NCBI GenBank assembly: GCA_007117005.1
Contig: SKHK01000138.1
Location: 1-42,884, forward strand
DNA length: 42,884 nt
Source: Paracoccaceae bacterium
Lineage (GTDB): Bacteria > Pseudomonadota > Alphaproteobacteria > Rhodobacterales > Rhodobacteraceae
Reading direction: 5' to 3'
Positions within the stretch are counted from its first letter, which is position 1. Each line of letters begins with the position of its first letter. Positions 1 through 8,660 of this stretch are shown one piece after another. The notes under the pieces are model-generated. The model was not told where the DNA came from. It ran no database searches and saw only the letters and a list, made by a program, of their open reading frames with translations. The translations under genes were made by a program, and so were the position numbers.

Positions 1-483
1 CTGTTCGACGAGATGCGCTATGACGCCGACGGCAACGAGATCGCCGATTTCGTGCTGAACCAGTCCGCCTATCGCAATGCCGAGATCCTGGTGGCGGGCG
101 ACAATTTCGGCTGCGGTTCTTCGCGAGAACACGCGCCCTGGGCGCTGCTGGATTTCGGCATCCGCTGCGTGATTTCCACCAGTTTCGCCGATATCTTCTA
201 CAACAACTGCTTCAAGAACGGCATCTTGCCCGTAGTCCTGCCGCAGGAAGCGGTCGATCACCTGATGGAAGACGCGCAAAAGGGCGCCAATGCGCGCATC
301 AGCGTCGATCTGCAGGCGCAGACCGTCAGCGCCGCGGACGGGACCGTTTTCACCTTCGAGATCGACCCCTTCAAGAAGCACTGCCTGCTCAACGGGCTCG
401 ATGATATCGGCCTGACGCTGAACAAAGTATCTTCAATTGATGCTTTTGAAACCCAGGCCGAACAACAGCGTCCTTGGGTGTAA
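1..483 (+). CDS. leuD: 3-isopropylmalate dehydratase small subunit (5' end outside window)
   Basis: Frame open from base 1; LeuD motifs [39 protein letters not shown]. Confidence 0.96.
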   Translation: MFDEMRYDADGNEIADFVLNQSAYRNAEILVAGDNFGCGSSREHAPWALLDFGIRCVISTSFADIFYNNCFKNGILPVVLPQEAVDHLMEDAQKGANARISVDLQAQTVSAADGTVFTFEIDPFKKHCLLNGLDDIGLTLNKVSSIDAFETQAEQQRPWV

Positions 484-505
484 GGACGCTGAAGACACTA
501 CATAT

Positions 506-536
506 TGTGGCGCCCGCGCAGAGTGCCACATTTTTT
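506..536 (+). terminator. Probable intrinsic terminator after leuD
   Basis: Stem TGTGGCGC / GTGCCACA (one G-U pair) followed by TTTTTT, about 20 nt after the leuD stop. Confidence 0.55.
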
Positions 537-629
537 CCACGAAGTTGATGCAAAGCGGCGACAGTTTTTCCTTCAAAACGCGCCGCTGTCGGCCAACCAT
601 TGCGTCGGGACTTGCGGGATTCGTGGGAA

Positions 630-1586
630 ATGGGCAAGATTGTGGCAACAATAAGGCAGGTGATCGCGGGCCTTTCGGGCCGCGTGACCAGGAAAAAACA
701 GGCCCGTCCAGCCGGGCAGGGCCAGAGCAGGTCAATGACGAAGCCGAAGGCGAACGCCTCTTTCCCCGGTGCGGTAACCCGTGGTCTGCTGACGGCCGGG
801 CTTGTGATGCTGCCTGCGGTCATGGTCCCGTCGACATCGGCTGAGTCTGCGCAGATGATGGTACTGCTGGCGCTTTTCGCCGGGGTTTTCGTCTTCATCG
901 AATACTGCTCGGATTATCCCGGCATGATCGAATTCCGCTTCGCCGCGCCCTTCAACCGGACCCGGTTTCTGCTGATCGCGGTGATGGTGCTCTCGCTGTC
1001 GCTGCTCGCGCGCGCCGGGTCACCGGCCGAGGGGGTGGCGGGCTTTGCCCAGGTGCTGGCGGCAAGCTGTGCGCAGGTGCTGGACTTTGCGTTCAGCCCG
1101 GTGAGGCTGCTTGTCGCTGCGCTACCCGGTTCGGTGCCCGAGGCGCATTTGCTGGCCGTGCAGCACGGGGCTTCGCTGGCCCTGGTGCTGGGCCTGACCA
1201 CTGTGGTGGCCTTCTGGGTCGCAATCCGGCTGAATCTGTGGCCGATGGGCCCCGGCCCTTTCAACGTCTGGATCAATCTGCCGATGTTCGACCCCACTGC
1301 CGGCAGTGACGTCGTGGCGCGCCTGCTGCGCACGGCAAAGATTAACATTCTGTTAGGTATTCTTTTGCCATTCCTGTTGCCGGGGATCATCATGGCATCG
1401 GCGTTGCTGGTGCAGCCCCTGTCGCTGGAATCGCCGGTCGGTTTTGTCTGGGGGATTGCGCTTTGGGCCTTTGTGCCGGTCAGCCTGATCATGCGCGGTA
1501 TCGCCATGCTGCGGGTGGCCCGGATGATCCGTGCCAACCGGCGACAGTTCATCGACACCGAAAGCAGCCCCCTCGCCACCGCCTGA
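630..1586 (+). CDS. Hypothetical polytopic membrane protein (start uncertain: 630, 660 or 735)
   Basis: Long ORF with about 7-8 hydrophobic segments; loops EFRFAAPFNRTRF and FNVWINLPMFDPT look like conserved sequence. Confidence 0.8.
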   Translation: MGKIVATIRQVIAGLSGRVTRKKQARPAGQGQSRSMTKPKANASFPGAVTRGLLTAGLVMLPAVMVPSTSAESAQMMVLLALFAGVFVFIEYCSDYPGMIEFRFAAPFNRTRFLLIAVMVLSLSLLARAGSPAEGVAGFAQVLAASCAQVLDFAFSPVRLLVAALPGSVPEAHLLAVQHGASLALVLGLTTVVAFWVAIRLNLWPMGPGPFNVWINLPMFDPTAGSDVVARLLRTAKINILLGILLPFLLPGIIMASALLVQPLSLESPVGFVWGIALWAFVPVSLIMRGIAMLRVARMIRANRRQFIDTESSPLATA

Positions 1587-2695
1587 CGTGGTGGCGGGCT
1601 GCGCCGGGCCGCGGCGGTCGGATCGTCCGTTTCCTGACCCTTTCGCTGCTGGCTTTCGCGCTGTCGGCTTTATCTCCGGCCGTGGCCCAGACCGCGGCAC
1701 CCCCCACCCCGGCACAGGGCAGCGTCAGGATGGCGGTCTTCCACACCGAACTCTCGCGCCAGGGACCTGGCCTTTTGTTGCGCGACATACGCGCCGGCGC
1801 CGAAGACGTGGGCCGCGTGCAGGCAGCGATCCTGGCGGCGCAGCCGGATATCCTGCTGCTGCTCGGCTTCGATCATGACCTGAACCATGTGGCGCTGGCC
1901 GCGTTTCAGCAGGCGCTGGCGGTCGCCGGGCATGCCATGCCGCACCGCTTTGCCACCCTGCCGAACCGCGGCATGGCGACGGGGCTGGACATGGATGGCG
2001 ACGGGCGCACCGGCACCCCGGATGATGCACAGGGCTTCGGGCGATTCGCGGGGGCCTCCGGCATGGCCGTCCTGTCCCGCTGGCCGATTGACGCGGGCGG
2101 GATGCAGGACCATTCCGCCTTTCTGTGGCGCGACCTGCCCGATGCGCTGCTGCCGCGCCATGAGGGGCGGCTGTTCCCCTCGGACGCGGTGTTCGACATC
2201 CAGCGCCTGGCCAGCACCGGTTTCTGGATGCTGCCCGTGCGCCTGCCCGGCGGCCACAGCCTGACGCTGATGACCTGGCACGCCGGCCCGCCGGCCTTTG
2301 GCGGCCCGCACCAGCGCAACCGCAACCGCAACCATGACGAGACGATGTTCTGGGCGCATCTGCTGGACGGGCGCGGTCTCGCACCACCGCCCGCCACGCC
2401 TTTCGTGCTGATGGGCAATGCCAACCTGGACCCCGATGGAGCGCAGGGTCTGCCCCGGGCCATCCGTACACTGCTGGCCCATCCCGCGCTGCAGGACCCG
2501 GCACCCACCGCCGCGGCCCCGCGTGACCCGCTGGCCCCGCCCGGGGCAACGGCACATTTCCCGCGCGGGCCGGGCTGGTTGCGTGGCAGCTATATCCTGC
2601 CCGATGCCGCGCTGCGGGTCACGGCCAGCGGCCTTTACTGGCCGCCGCCGCCGGGCCGCCATGCGCTGGTCTGGGTCGATATCGCCCTGCCCTGA
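1583..2695 (+). CDS. Endonuclease/exonuclease/phosphatase (EEP) fold protein, probably exported; start uncertain (CTG 1583 or ATG 1730)
   Basis: EEP-like segments RMAVFHTELSR, PDILLL, GMAVLSRWPI, RNHDE, FVLMGNAN, HALVWVD; signal-peptide-like N-terminus. Confidence 0.8.
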   Translation: MTWWRAAPGRGGRIVRFLTLSLLAFALSALSPAVAQTAAPPTPAQGSVRMAVFHTELSRQGPGLLLRDIRAGAEDVGRVQAAILAAQPDILLLLGFDHDLNHVALAAFQQALAVAGHAMPHRFATLPNRGMATGLDMDGDGRTGTPDDAQGFGRFAGASGMAVLSRWPIDAGGMQDHSAFLWRDLPDALLPRHEGRLFPSDAVFDIQRLASTGFWMLPVRLPGGHSLTLMTWHAGPPAFGGPHQRNRNRNHDETMFWAHLLDGRGLAPPPATPFVLMGNANLDPDGAQGLPRAIRTLLAHPALQDPAPTAAAPRDPLAPPGATAHFPRGPGWLRGSYILPDAALRVTASGLYWPPPPGRHALVWVDIALP

Positions 2696-2772
2696 TTACC
2701 CGGCCCCGCGCCTGCCCCCTTTCGCCCGCAACGCACCTGATGTATGGCGCGCCTGCTGCTGCCGAGGGAGAC

Positions 2773-3801
2773 ATGGGCATGGGCTATCGAATCGTCGTTG
2801 CAGGCGCCACGGGCAATGTGGGCCGCGAAATGCTGAACATCCTGGACGAACGGGAATTCCCGGTGGACGAGATCGCCGTTCTGGCCTCTCGCCGCAGCCT
2901 GGGCACCGAATGCAGCTTTGGCGACCGGACCCTGAAATGCCAGGACCTGGAGACGTTCGATTTCACCGGCTGGGATATCGCGTTTTTCGCCATCGGCTCG
3001 GACGCCACGAAAAAGCACGCGCCGCGCGCGGCGGCCTCGGGCTGCGTGGTGATCGACAACTCCTCGCTCTATCGCTACGACCCCGACGTGCCGCTGGTGG
3101 TGCCGGAAGTGAACGCCGCGGCCGTGGACGGCTACGCGAAGAAGAACATCATCGCCAACCCCAACTGTTCCACCGCGCAGATGGTGGTCGCGCTGAAGCC
3201 CCTGCATGACCGTGCCCGCATCAAGCGCGTGGTTGTCAGCACCTATCAATCGGTCAGCGGCACCGGCAAGGACGCGATGGATGAGCTGTGGAACCAGACC
3301 AAGGGCATGTATGTCCCGGGTCAGGAGGTCGAACCCTCGGTCTACCCCAAGCAGATCGCCTTCAACGTCATCCCGCATATCGACAGTTTCATGGAAGACG
3401 GCGCCACCCGCGAGGAATGGAAGATGGTGGCCGAAACCAAGAAGATCCTGGACAAGTCGATCAAGCTGACCGCGACCTGCGTGCGCGTGCCGGTCTTTGT
3501 TGGCCATTCCGAGGCGATAAACATCGAATTCGAGGATTTCCTGGACGAGGAAGAGGCCCGCGACATCCTGCGCGAGGCGCCGGGCATCCTGGTCGTCGAC
3601 AAGCGCGAGGCCGGCGGTTACATCACGCCGGTCGATTGCGTGGGCGATTTCGCCACCTATGTCAGCCGCATCCGGCAGGACAGCACGGTGGAAAACGGCC
3701 TGAACCTGTGGTGCGTGTCCGACAACCTGCGCAAGGGGGCCGCGCTGAACGCCGTGCAGATCGCCGAGGTGCTGGGCAGCCGTTGCCTGAAAAAGGGCTG
3801 A
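2773..3801 (+). CDS. asd: Aspartate-semialdehyde dehydrogenase
   Basis: GATGNVG Rossmann motif, IIANPNCST catalytic Cys, CVRVPVFVGHSE, DNLRKGAALNAVQIAE; RBS GAGGGAG upstream. Confidence 0.97.
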   Translation: MGMGYRIVVAGATGNVGREMLNILDEREFPVDEIAVLASRRSLGTECSFGDRTLKCQDLETFDFTGWDIAFFAIGSDATKKHAPRAAASGCVVIDNSSLYRYDPDVPLVVPEVNAAAVDGYAKKNIIANPNCSTAQMVVALKPLHDRARIKRVVVSTYQSVSGTGKDAMDELWNQTKGMYVPGQEVEPSVYPKQIAFNVIPHIDSFMEDGATREEWKMVAETKKILDKSIKLTATCVRVPVFVGHSEAINIEFEDFLDEEEARDILREAPGILVVDKREAGGYITPVDCVGDFATYVSRIRQDSTVENGLNLWCVSDNLRKGAALNAVQIAEVLGSRCLKKG

Positions 3802-3811
3802 GGCAGCCGGT

Positions 3812-5149
3812 TCAGCGTCGATAGCCCTCCAGCAGCGGGCGCAGCGCCACGCGGGCGCGCAGGCGCGTGGCGGTCAGGTAGATGCCGCCGATCTTTCGGT
3901 GCAGGAACAGCGTTTCCGGTGGCGGAACATGGGTCAGTTCGCGCTCATTGCCCAGCGGTCGGCCCATGGCGCGCAGCCGGTCGATCATATCGGCATGGCC
4001 AAAGTCAAAAGACGCGGCCTGGCGCAGGGGTTCCATCGCGGTGTCGAAAAGCTGCAGGATCAGGTCCCGATGCGCTGGCGGCGTCCGGTCGCCGAAATAG
4101 CCGATGCGGCTCATCAGGGCGCGGGCGGCCATGTTGTCCCGGTCCAGCGCGGCGCCCAGCAGCGCGCGGAAGTCCTGCGCCATTTCCGGGCTGATCGGCA
4201 TGACCGCGCCGAAATCCAGCAGGCAGATGCGCCCGGTTTCGGGGTCGAAACGGTAATTCGCCAGGTTGGGGTCGGTCTGCATCAGGCGAAAATCGAACAA
4301 TTCGCGCAGCACCAGGTCGATCAGATCAGCCGCCACGCGGTCGCGCAGGGCCTGCGATGCCGTGGCCAGCGTGTCCAACGGCTGGCTGTGCAGATAGTCC
4401 ATGGCCAGCACCGAGGGGGTGCAGAGATCATCATGCAGCCCGGGCAGGGTGAACCGTTCCGACCCCGCCAGCAGGTCGCTGAAGGCCCCTAGGTTGCGCG
4501 CCTCGGCGGCGTAATCGGCCTCCTGGTGCAACTGATCGCGCGCGGCCTTCAGCATGGGGGCCAGGTCGATGCCCTGCCGCGCGGCGCCGGCGATGCGCAG
4601 CATCAGGCCCAGATTGTCGATATCGCTGTCGATACTGGCGCGCACGCCGGGATATTGCACCTTGATCGCTAGGTCGCGCCCGTCGCGCGTTTGTGCCCGG
4701 TGCACCTGCCCGATGGATGCCGCCGCAAAGGGCCGCACGTCGAATCGCGCGAAACGCCGCTGCCAGCCCGCGCCCCATTCGCGGTTGAGCACGTCGCGCA
4801 ACTGCGCGGGCGGCATGTGGCGGGCCTGAGACTGCAGCGCGGCAAGGGTTTGCGACATCTCTGGCGGCAGGATCAGCCCGCTGTCCATCGAGATCAGCTG
4901 CCCCAGTTTCATTGCCGCGCCGCGCATCCGTCCCAGGTCCCGCGTCAGGCGGCTGGCGGTGCCGGGGGTCAGCAGCAGATCGGGCAGGCTGGGGCGGCTG
5001 CCGCGCGCCAGTTCGCGGGCCCCGTCCGCCAGCATGCCCCCCAAGACGCCTGAGGCCATGCCCCCCAGCCGCAACAGCCGCGCCGCGCGCGAGGCCGGGA
5101 CGCTGGCCGGCGGCGGCAGGGGGCGATTGTCGTCGGACATGTCGTGCAT
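3812..5149 (-). CDS. ABC1/UbiB/COQ8-family atypical kinase-like protein
   Basis: KxGQ motif (AMKLGQ), FAAASIGQVHRA, AIKVQYPGV, MQTDPNLANY, LLDFGA; start could be 5140, 5149 or 5176. Confidence 0.9.
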   Translation of the reverse strand: MHDMSDDNRPLPPPASVPASRAARLLRLGGMASGVLGGMLADGARELARGSRPSLPDLLLTPGTASRLTRDLGRMRGAAMKLGQLISMDSGLILPPEMSQTLAALQSQARHMPPAQLRDVLNREWGAGWQRRFARFDVRPFAAASIGQVHRAQTRDGRDLAIKVQYPGVRASIDSDIDNLGLMLRIAGAARQGIDLAPMLKAARDQLHQEADYAAEARNLGAFSDLLAGSERFTLPGLHDDLCTPSVLAMDYLHSQPLDTLATASQALRDRVAADLIDLVLRELFDFRLMQTDPNLANYRFDPETGRICLLDFGAVMPISPEMAQDFRALLGAALDRDNMAARALMSRIGYFGDRTPPAHRDLILQLFDTAMEPLRQAASFDFGHADMIDRLRAMGRPLGNERELTHVPPPETLFLHRKIGGIYLTATRLRARVALRPLLEGYRR

Positions 5150-5210
5150 GGCGGGCCTCGTGCTGTCACGGCCCAACAGATGGGGCGGCGGGGCGGCTTG
5201 GCCAGGGCCT

Positions 5211-8200
5211 TCAGCGTGGGGTCAGCCTGGGCCGCAGCGCCGGGTCGGCGGCGGCGCGGGTCAGCGCGGCGGTCATGTCGGCCGGGTCCAGCGGCATGAC
5301 GCTGGCATCGGCCGTCCAGACCAGCGCGCAATCGATCCGCCGGCCGGGATAGAGCGGCGCCAGCAGGTGGTGATAGGCGGCCATCTGGCGCAGCAGCCCC
5401 TCCGGCACCTGATCGTCGCGGGCGGGGGTCTGACGGTTGGTCTTGAAATCCACCGCCAGCACGCGGTCAGGCGCCACCAGCAGCCGGTCGATCACCCCCC
5501 ATAGCGGCACGCCCCGCCACTGCCCGGAAAGCGAGACCTCGGCCAACGCGTCCGGCCCGAAGAGCCCGTCCAGCGCGGGGTGATCCAGCACCGCCTGAAC
5601 CTCGGCCATGATCGAGGCTGCGGTGCCCGGGTCGATGGCTGAAAGCAGGGCCTGCGCGGCGGTATCGCGGCCGGCGGGCGGCAGGCCGGGCAGGGTTTCC
5701 AGCAGCAGATGGGTGATCTGGCCGCGGGTGAGGGCCTGTTCCGCCTCGGCCGGGTCCGGGGGCGTGCCGTCATCGCCGGCATCGCCCGGCAGGCCCTTGG
5801 CGCCGCCGAGGCTGGTGGGCGTAAGGGGCGCCGTCTGCGCGGGCGGGGTGGGCAGCGGCGTGCTGTCCGGCAAGGGCGCGGGCGCGTCCGGAAGGGACGG
5901 AGGTGACGGAGCCGCAGGCACCGGCCAGGCGCCATGCGCAAGATGCAGGCCCGGCCCGGCAGGCGTTTCGCCCGGCACTGCGTCCAGTGCCTGCATCGCC
6001 CCGGCAATGCGCTCATGCCAGCTGGTGCCGCTTTTCGCCTCGCCCGCGCCCGCGACGATCAGCCATTGCCGGGCGCGGGTCATGGCGACGTAGAGCAGGC
6101 GGTCATCCTCTTCCGCGCGGGCGGTTTTCGCGGCGTCGTCGGCCTGTGTCTGCAGGGCGCTTGTGGCGTCCTTGTTGGCGCGCAGGATCGGCACGCCGCC
6201 GATATCGGCCAGCGTGCCGCGTTCGTCGTCGCGGCGGTCGGCGGTTTCCGGCAGCACCACCACCGGCGCCTCCAGCCCCTTGGCGCCGTGCACCGTCATC
6301 ACCCGCAGCCGCCGGCCCGCGCCTTCGGCCTGGCGCTTGACCTCGACATCGCTGGCCGCCAGCCAGGACAGGAACCCGTCCAGCGAGGGCACATGCCCGG
6401 CCTCGTAGTCCAGTGCCAGCGCCACGAAAGCCTCGATCGCCTCCTCGGCCTCGGTGCCGAAGCGGGCCTGCAGGCGGCGGCGCCCGTCATGGCGGGTCAG
6501 CAGGCGTTCGATCAGCTCATAAGGCCGCAGGAAATCGACCTGGCCCAGCATGTCCTGCAGCATCGCCACCGCCGGGCCGCCCTGCCCGCGCACCTGCTGC
6601 CACAGGCTGGCCTGGCCGCGCCCGTGTGCCAGGCGAAAGAGCGCGTCCTCGTCCATGGCGATCAGGGGTGAGCGCAGAGCCTGCGCCAGCGACAGGTCGT
6701 CCTCCGGCAGCGCCAGAAACCGCAGCAGCGCGACGATATCCTGCACCGCCAGCACCTGCCCCAGTTGCAACCGGTCGGCGCCGGCGATGTCCAGCCCCTC
6801 GGCCTTGCAGGCGCGGATCAGCGCGTGAAAGAGCGTCTTGCGCCGGCGCACCAGGATCAGCACATCGCCCGCGTGCATGGGCCGCCAGGTCTTGCCCTCC
6901 ATCACCGGTTCGCCGCGGTCGATCATGGCGCGGATCGCGCCTGCGATCATCCGGGCCAGCACGACGAAATGGTTCTCGGTGCCGGGGCGGTCCACGGGGT
7001 CTTCCCAATCGCCACTTGCTGGTTTTTCCGGCGGGGATACCAGCGGCCACAGGTCCACCCGGCCGGGAAGGCTGTCGAAAAAGGGCAGATGTTCCGGCCT
7101 GCCGCCCACCCCGCCGCTGGCCCCGCCGCCGTCGAATGTCTGATCGACCAGCCGCAGCACGGCATCGGAAGAGCGGAAGGAATGCAGAAGCTGCATGTCA
7201 TGCAGACGCGCGCCCACGCCGGCCAGCCCCTGATCAAAGGTGTGGTGCATGCTGTCAAAGCCGCGCAGATCGGCGCCCTGGAAGGAGTAGATCGACTGCT
7301 TGCGGTCGCCTACCACGAAGATCGTGCGCCCCAGCCCCGCCGCATCGGCCCTCCGCGCACCCTGCCCGGCGGTGAATTCCTGCGTCAGGCGTTCGATCAC
7401 CTGCCACTGGCCGGGGCTGGTATCCTGCGCCTCGTCCACCAGAATGTGGTCGATCCCGCCGTCAAGCTTGTAGAGCACCCATTGCGCGACATCGGGCCGT
7501 TTCAGCAGCGCCTGCGCGCGGGTGATCAGGTCGTCGAAGTCCAGCCAGCCGCGGGCGGATTTGGCGGCGTCCAGCATCGGCAGCCAGACCCGGGCAAAGG
7601 CATGCAGCGCCTGACTGCGTTCCAGCGTCTCCAACGCCAGCCGCCGGGGGCGGGCGGCTGCCATGCGGTCGGCAAGGGCGTTCAGCGCGGGCAGGGCGGC
7701 GCGCTGGGCGTCGGTCAGGGTTTTCTGCAGGCCCAGTGTGGGGATCTTGCCGGCCTTCGAGGTGAAGGGGCCCGCCTTCGCTGCGCCCGGCCCATTCAGC
7801 AAAGCGCCCTCCAGCGCCGGCAGGTCCCGCCGGGCGGGTGGGCCGTTCAGCAGGGCCAGCGCTTCGCCCAGCTTCCGGTCGGTGGGGCCGCCGGGCTGCA
7901 ACGCCGGCAGCAGTGTTGCCGCCATGCTGGCTTCCAGCCCGGCAAACACCTCGGCCATCAGCGCGGCCTCGTCATAGCCCGGCGGCAGGCCCAGGGCTGC
8001 GTGCAGGTCCGGTGGCGGCATGTTGGGGGCGAAAGTCGCACGAAAGCGGCCCAGGGCGGCGAGCATGCGGTCCAGCCGGTCCTCGCCCAGCACGCGGGCC
8101 AGCCCCTCCAGCGCTGGCGCCTCCGGCCCCTCGGCCATGCGGTTCAGCAACTCGTTGCGCAGTTGCGCCAGGCTGCGTTCCTCGACCTCGGTGAAATCCG

Positions 8201-8660
8201 GCGCGACCCCGGCCTCCAGCGGGAAGCGGCGCAGAAGCGCGCTGCAAAAGGCGTGGATGGTCTGGATCTTCAACCCGCCCGGTGTTTCGATCGCCCGGGC
8301 GAACAGCCGCCGCGCGCGGGCCAGCGTGTCGGTGGTGATGGGCTGTTCGGGGTGCGCACCCTCGCCCAGCCCGGTCAGCGCGGCCCTCAGCGCGGCGTCG
8401 TCCAGCATCGCCCAGCCGCCCAGCGTGGCGAAAAGGCGGTTCTGCATCTCGCCCGCTGCGGCCTTGGTATAGGTCAGGCACAGAATGCGCTGCGGGTTGG
8501 CGCCGCGCAGCAGCAGCCGCGCCACGCGGTCGGTCAGCACCCGCGTCTTGCCGGACCCCGCATTGGCCGACAGCCAGGTGGACAGTTCCGGCGCGGCGGC
8601 GGTGATCTGGCGGCGCGTGGCTTCGTCCAGTTCCGGCGGTTCCGGCAGGGCTTCAGTCAT
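5211..8660 (-). CDS. addA: Double-strand break repair helicase/nuclease AddA
   Basis: ANAGSGKT Walker A, TYTKAAAGEM, LVDEAQDTS, VGDRKQSIYSFQGA, TVHGAKGLE, LYVAMTRA, C-terminal RecB-type nuclease IDRL...DFKT...QMAAY. Confidence 0.96.
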   Translation of the reverse strand: MTEALPEPPELDEATRRQITAAAPELSTWLSANAGSGKTRVLTDRVARLLLRGANPQRILCLTYTKAAAGEMQNRLFATLGGWAMLDDAALRAALTGLGEGAHPEQPITTDTLARARRLFARAIETPGGLKIQTIHAFCSALLRRFPLEAGVAPDFTEVEERSLAQLRNELLNRMAEGPEAPALEGLARVLGEDRLDRMLAALGRFRATFAPNMPPPDLHAALGLPPGYDEAALMAEVFAGLEASMAATLLPALQPGGPTDRKLGEALALLNGPPARRDLPALEGALLNGPGAAKAGPFTSKAGKIPTLGLQKTLTDAQRAALPALNALADRMAAARPRRLALETLERSQALHAFARVWLPMLDAAKSARGWLDFDDLITRAQALLKRPDVAQWVLYKLDGGIDHILVDEAQDTSPGQWQVIERLTQEFTAGQGARRADAAGLGRTIFVVGDRKQSIYSFQGADLRGFDSMHHTFDQGLAGVGARLHDMQLLHSFRSSDAVLRLVDQTFDGGGASGGVGGRPEHLPFFDSLPGRVDLWPLVSPPEKPASGDWEDPVDRPGTENHFVVLARMIAGAIRAMIDRGEPVMEGKTWRPMHAGDVLILVRRRKTLFHALIRACKAEGLDIAGADRLQLGQVLAVQDIVALLRFLALPEDDLSLAQALRSPLIAMDEDALFRLAHGRGQASLWQQVRGQGGPAVAMLQDMLGQVDFLRPYELIERLLTRHDGRRRLQARFGTEAEEAIEAFVALALDYEAGHVPSLDGFLSWLAASDVEVKRQAEGAGRRLRVMTVHGAKGLEAPVVVLPETADRRDDERGTLADIGGVPILRANKDATSALQTQADDAAKTARAEEDDRLLYVAMTRARQWLIVAGAGEAKSGTSWHERIAGAMQALDAVPGETPAGPGLHLAHGAWPVPAAPSPPSLPDAPAPLPDSTPLPTPPAQTAPLTPTSLGGAKGLPGDAGDDGTPPDPAEAEQALTRGQITHLLLETLPGLPPAGRDTAAQALLSAIDPGTAASIMAEVQAVLDHPALDGLFGPDALAEVSLSGQWRGVPLWGVIDRLLVAPDRVLAVDFKTNRQTPARDDQVPEGLLRQMAAYHHLLAPLYPGRRIDCALVWTADASVMPLDPADMTAALTRAAADPALRPRLTPR

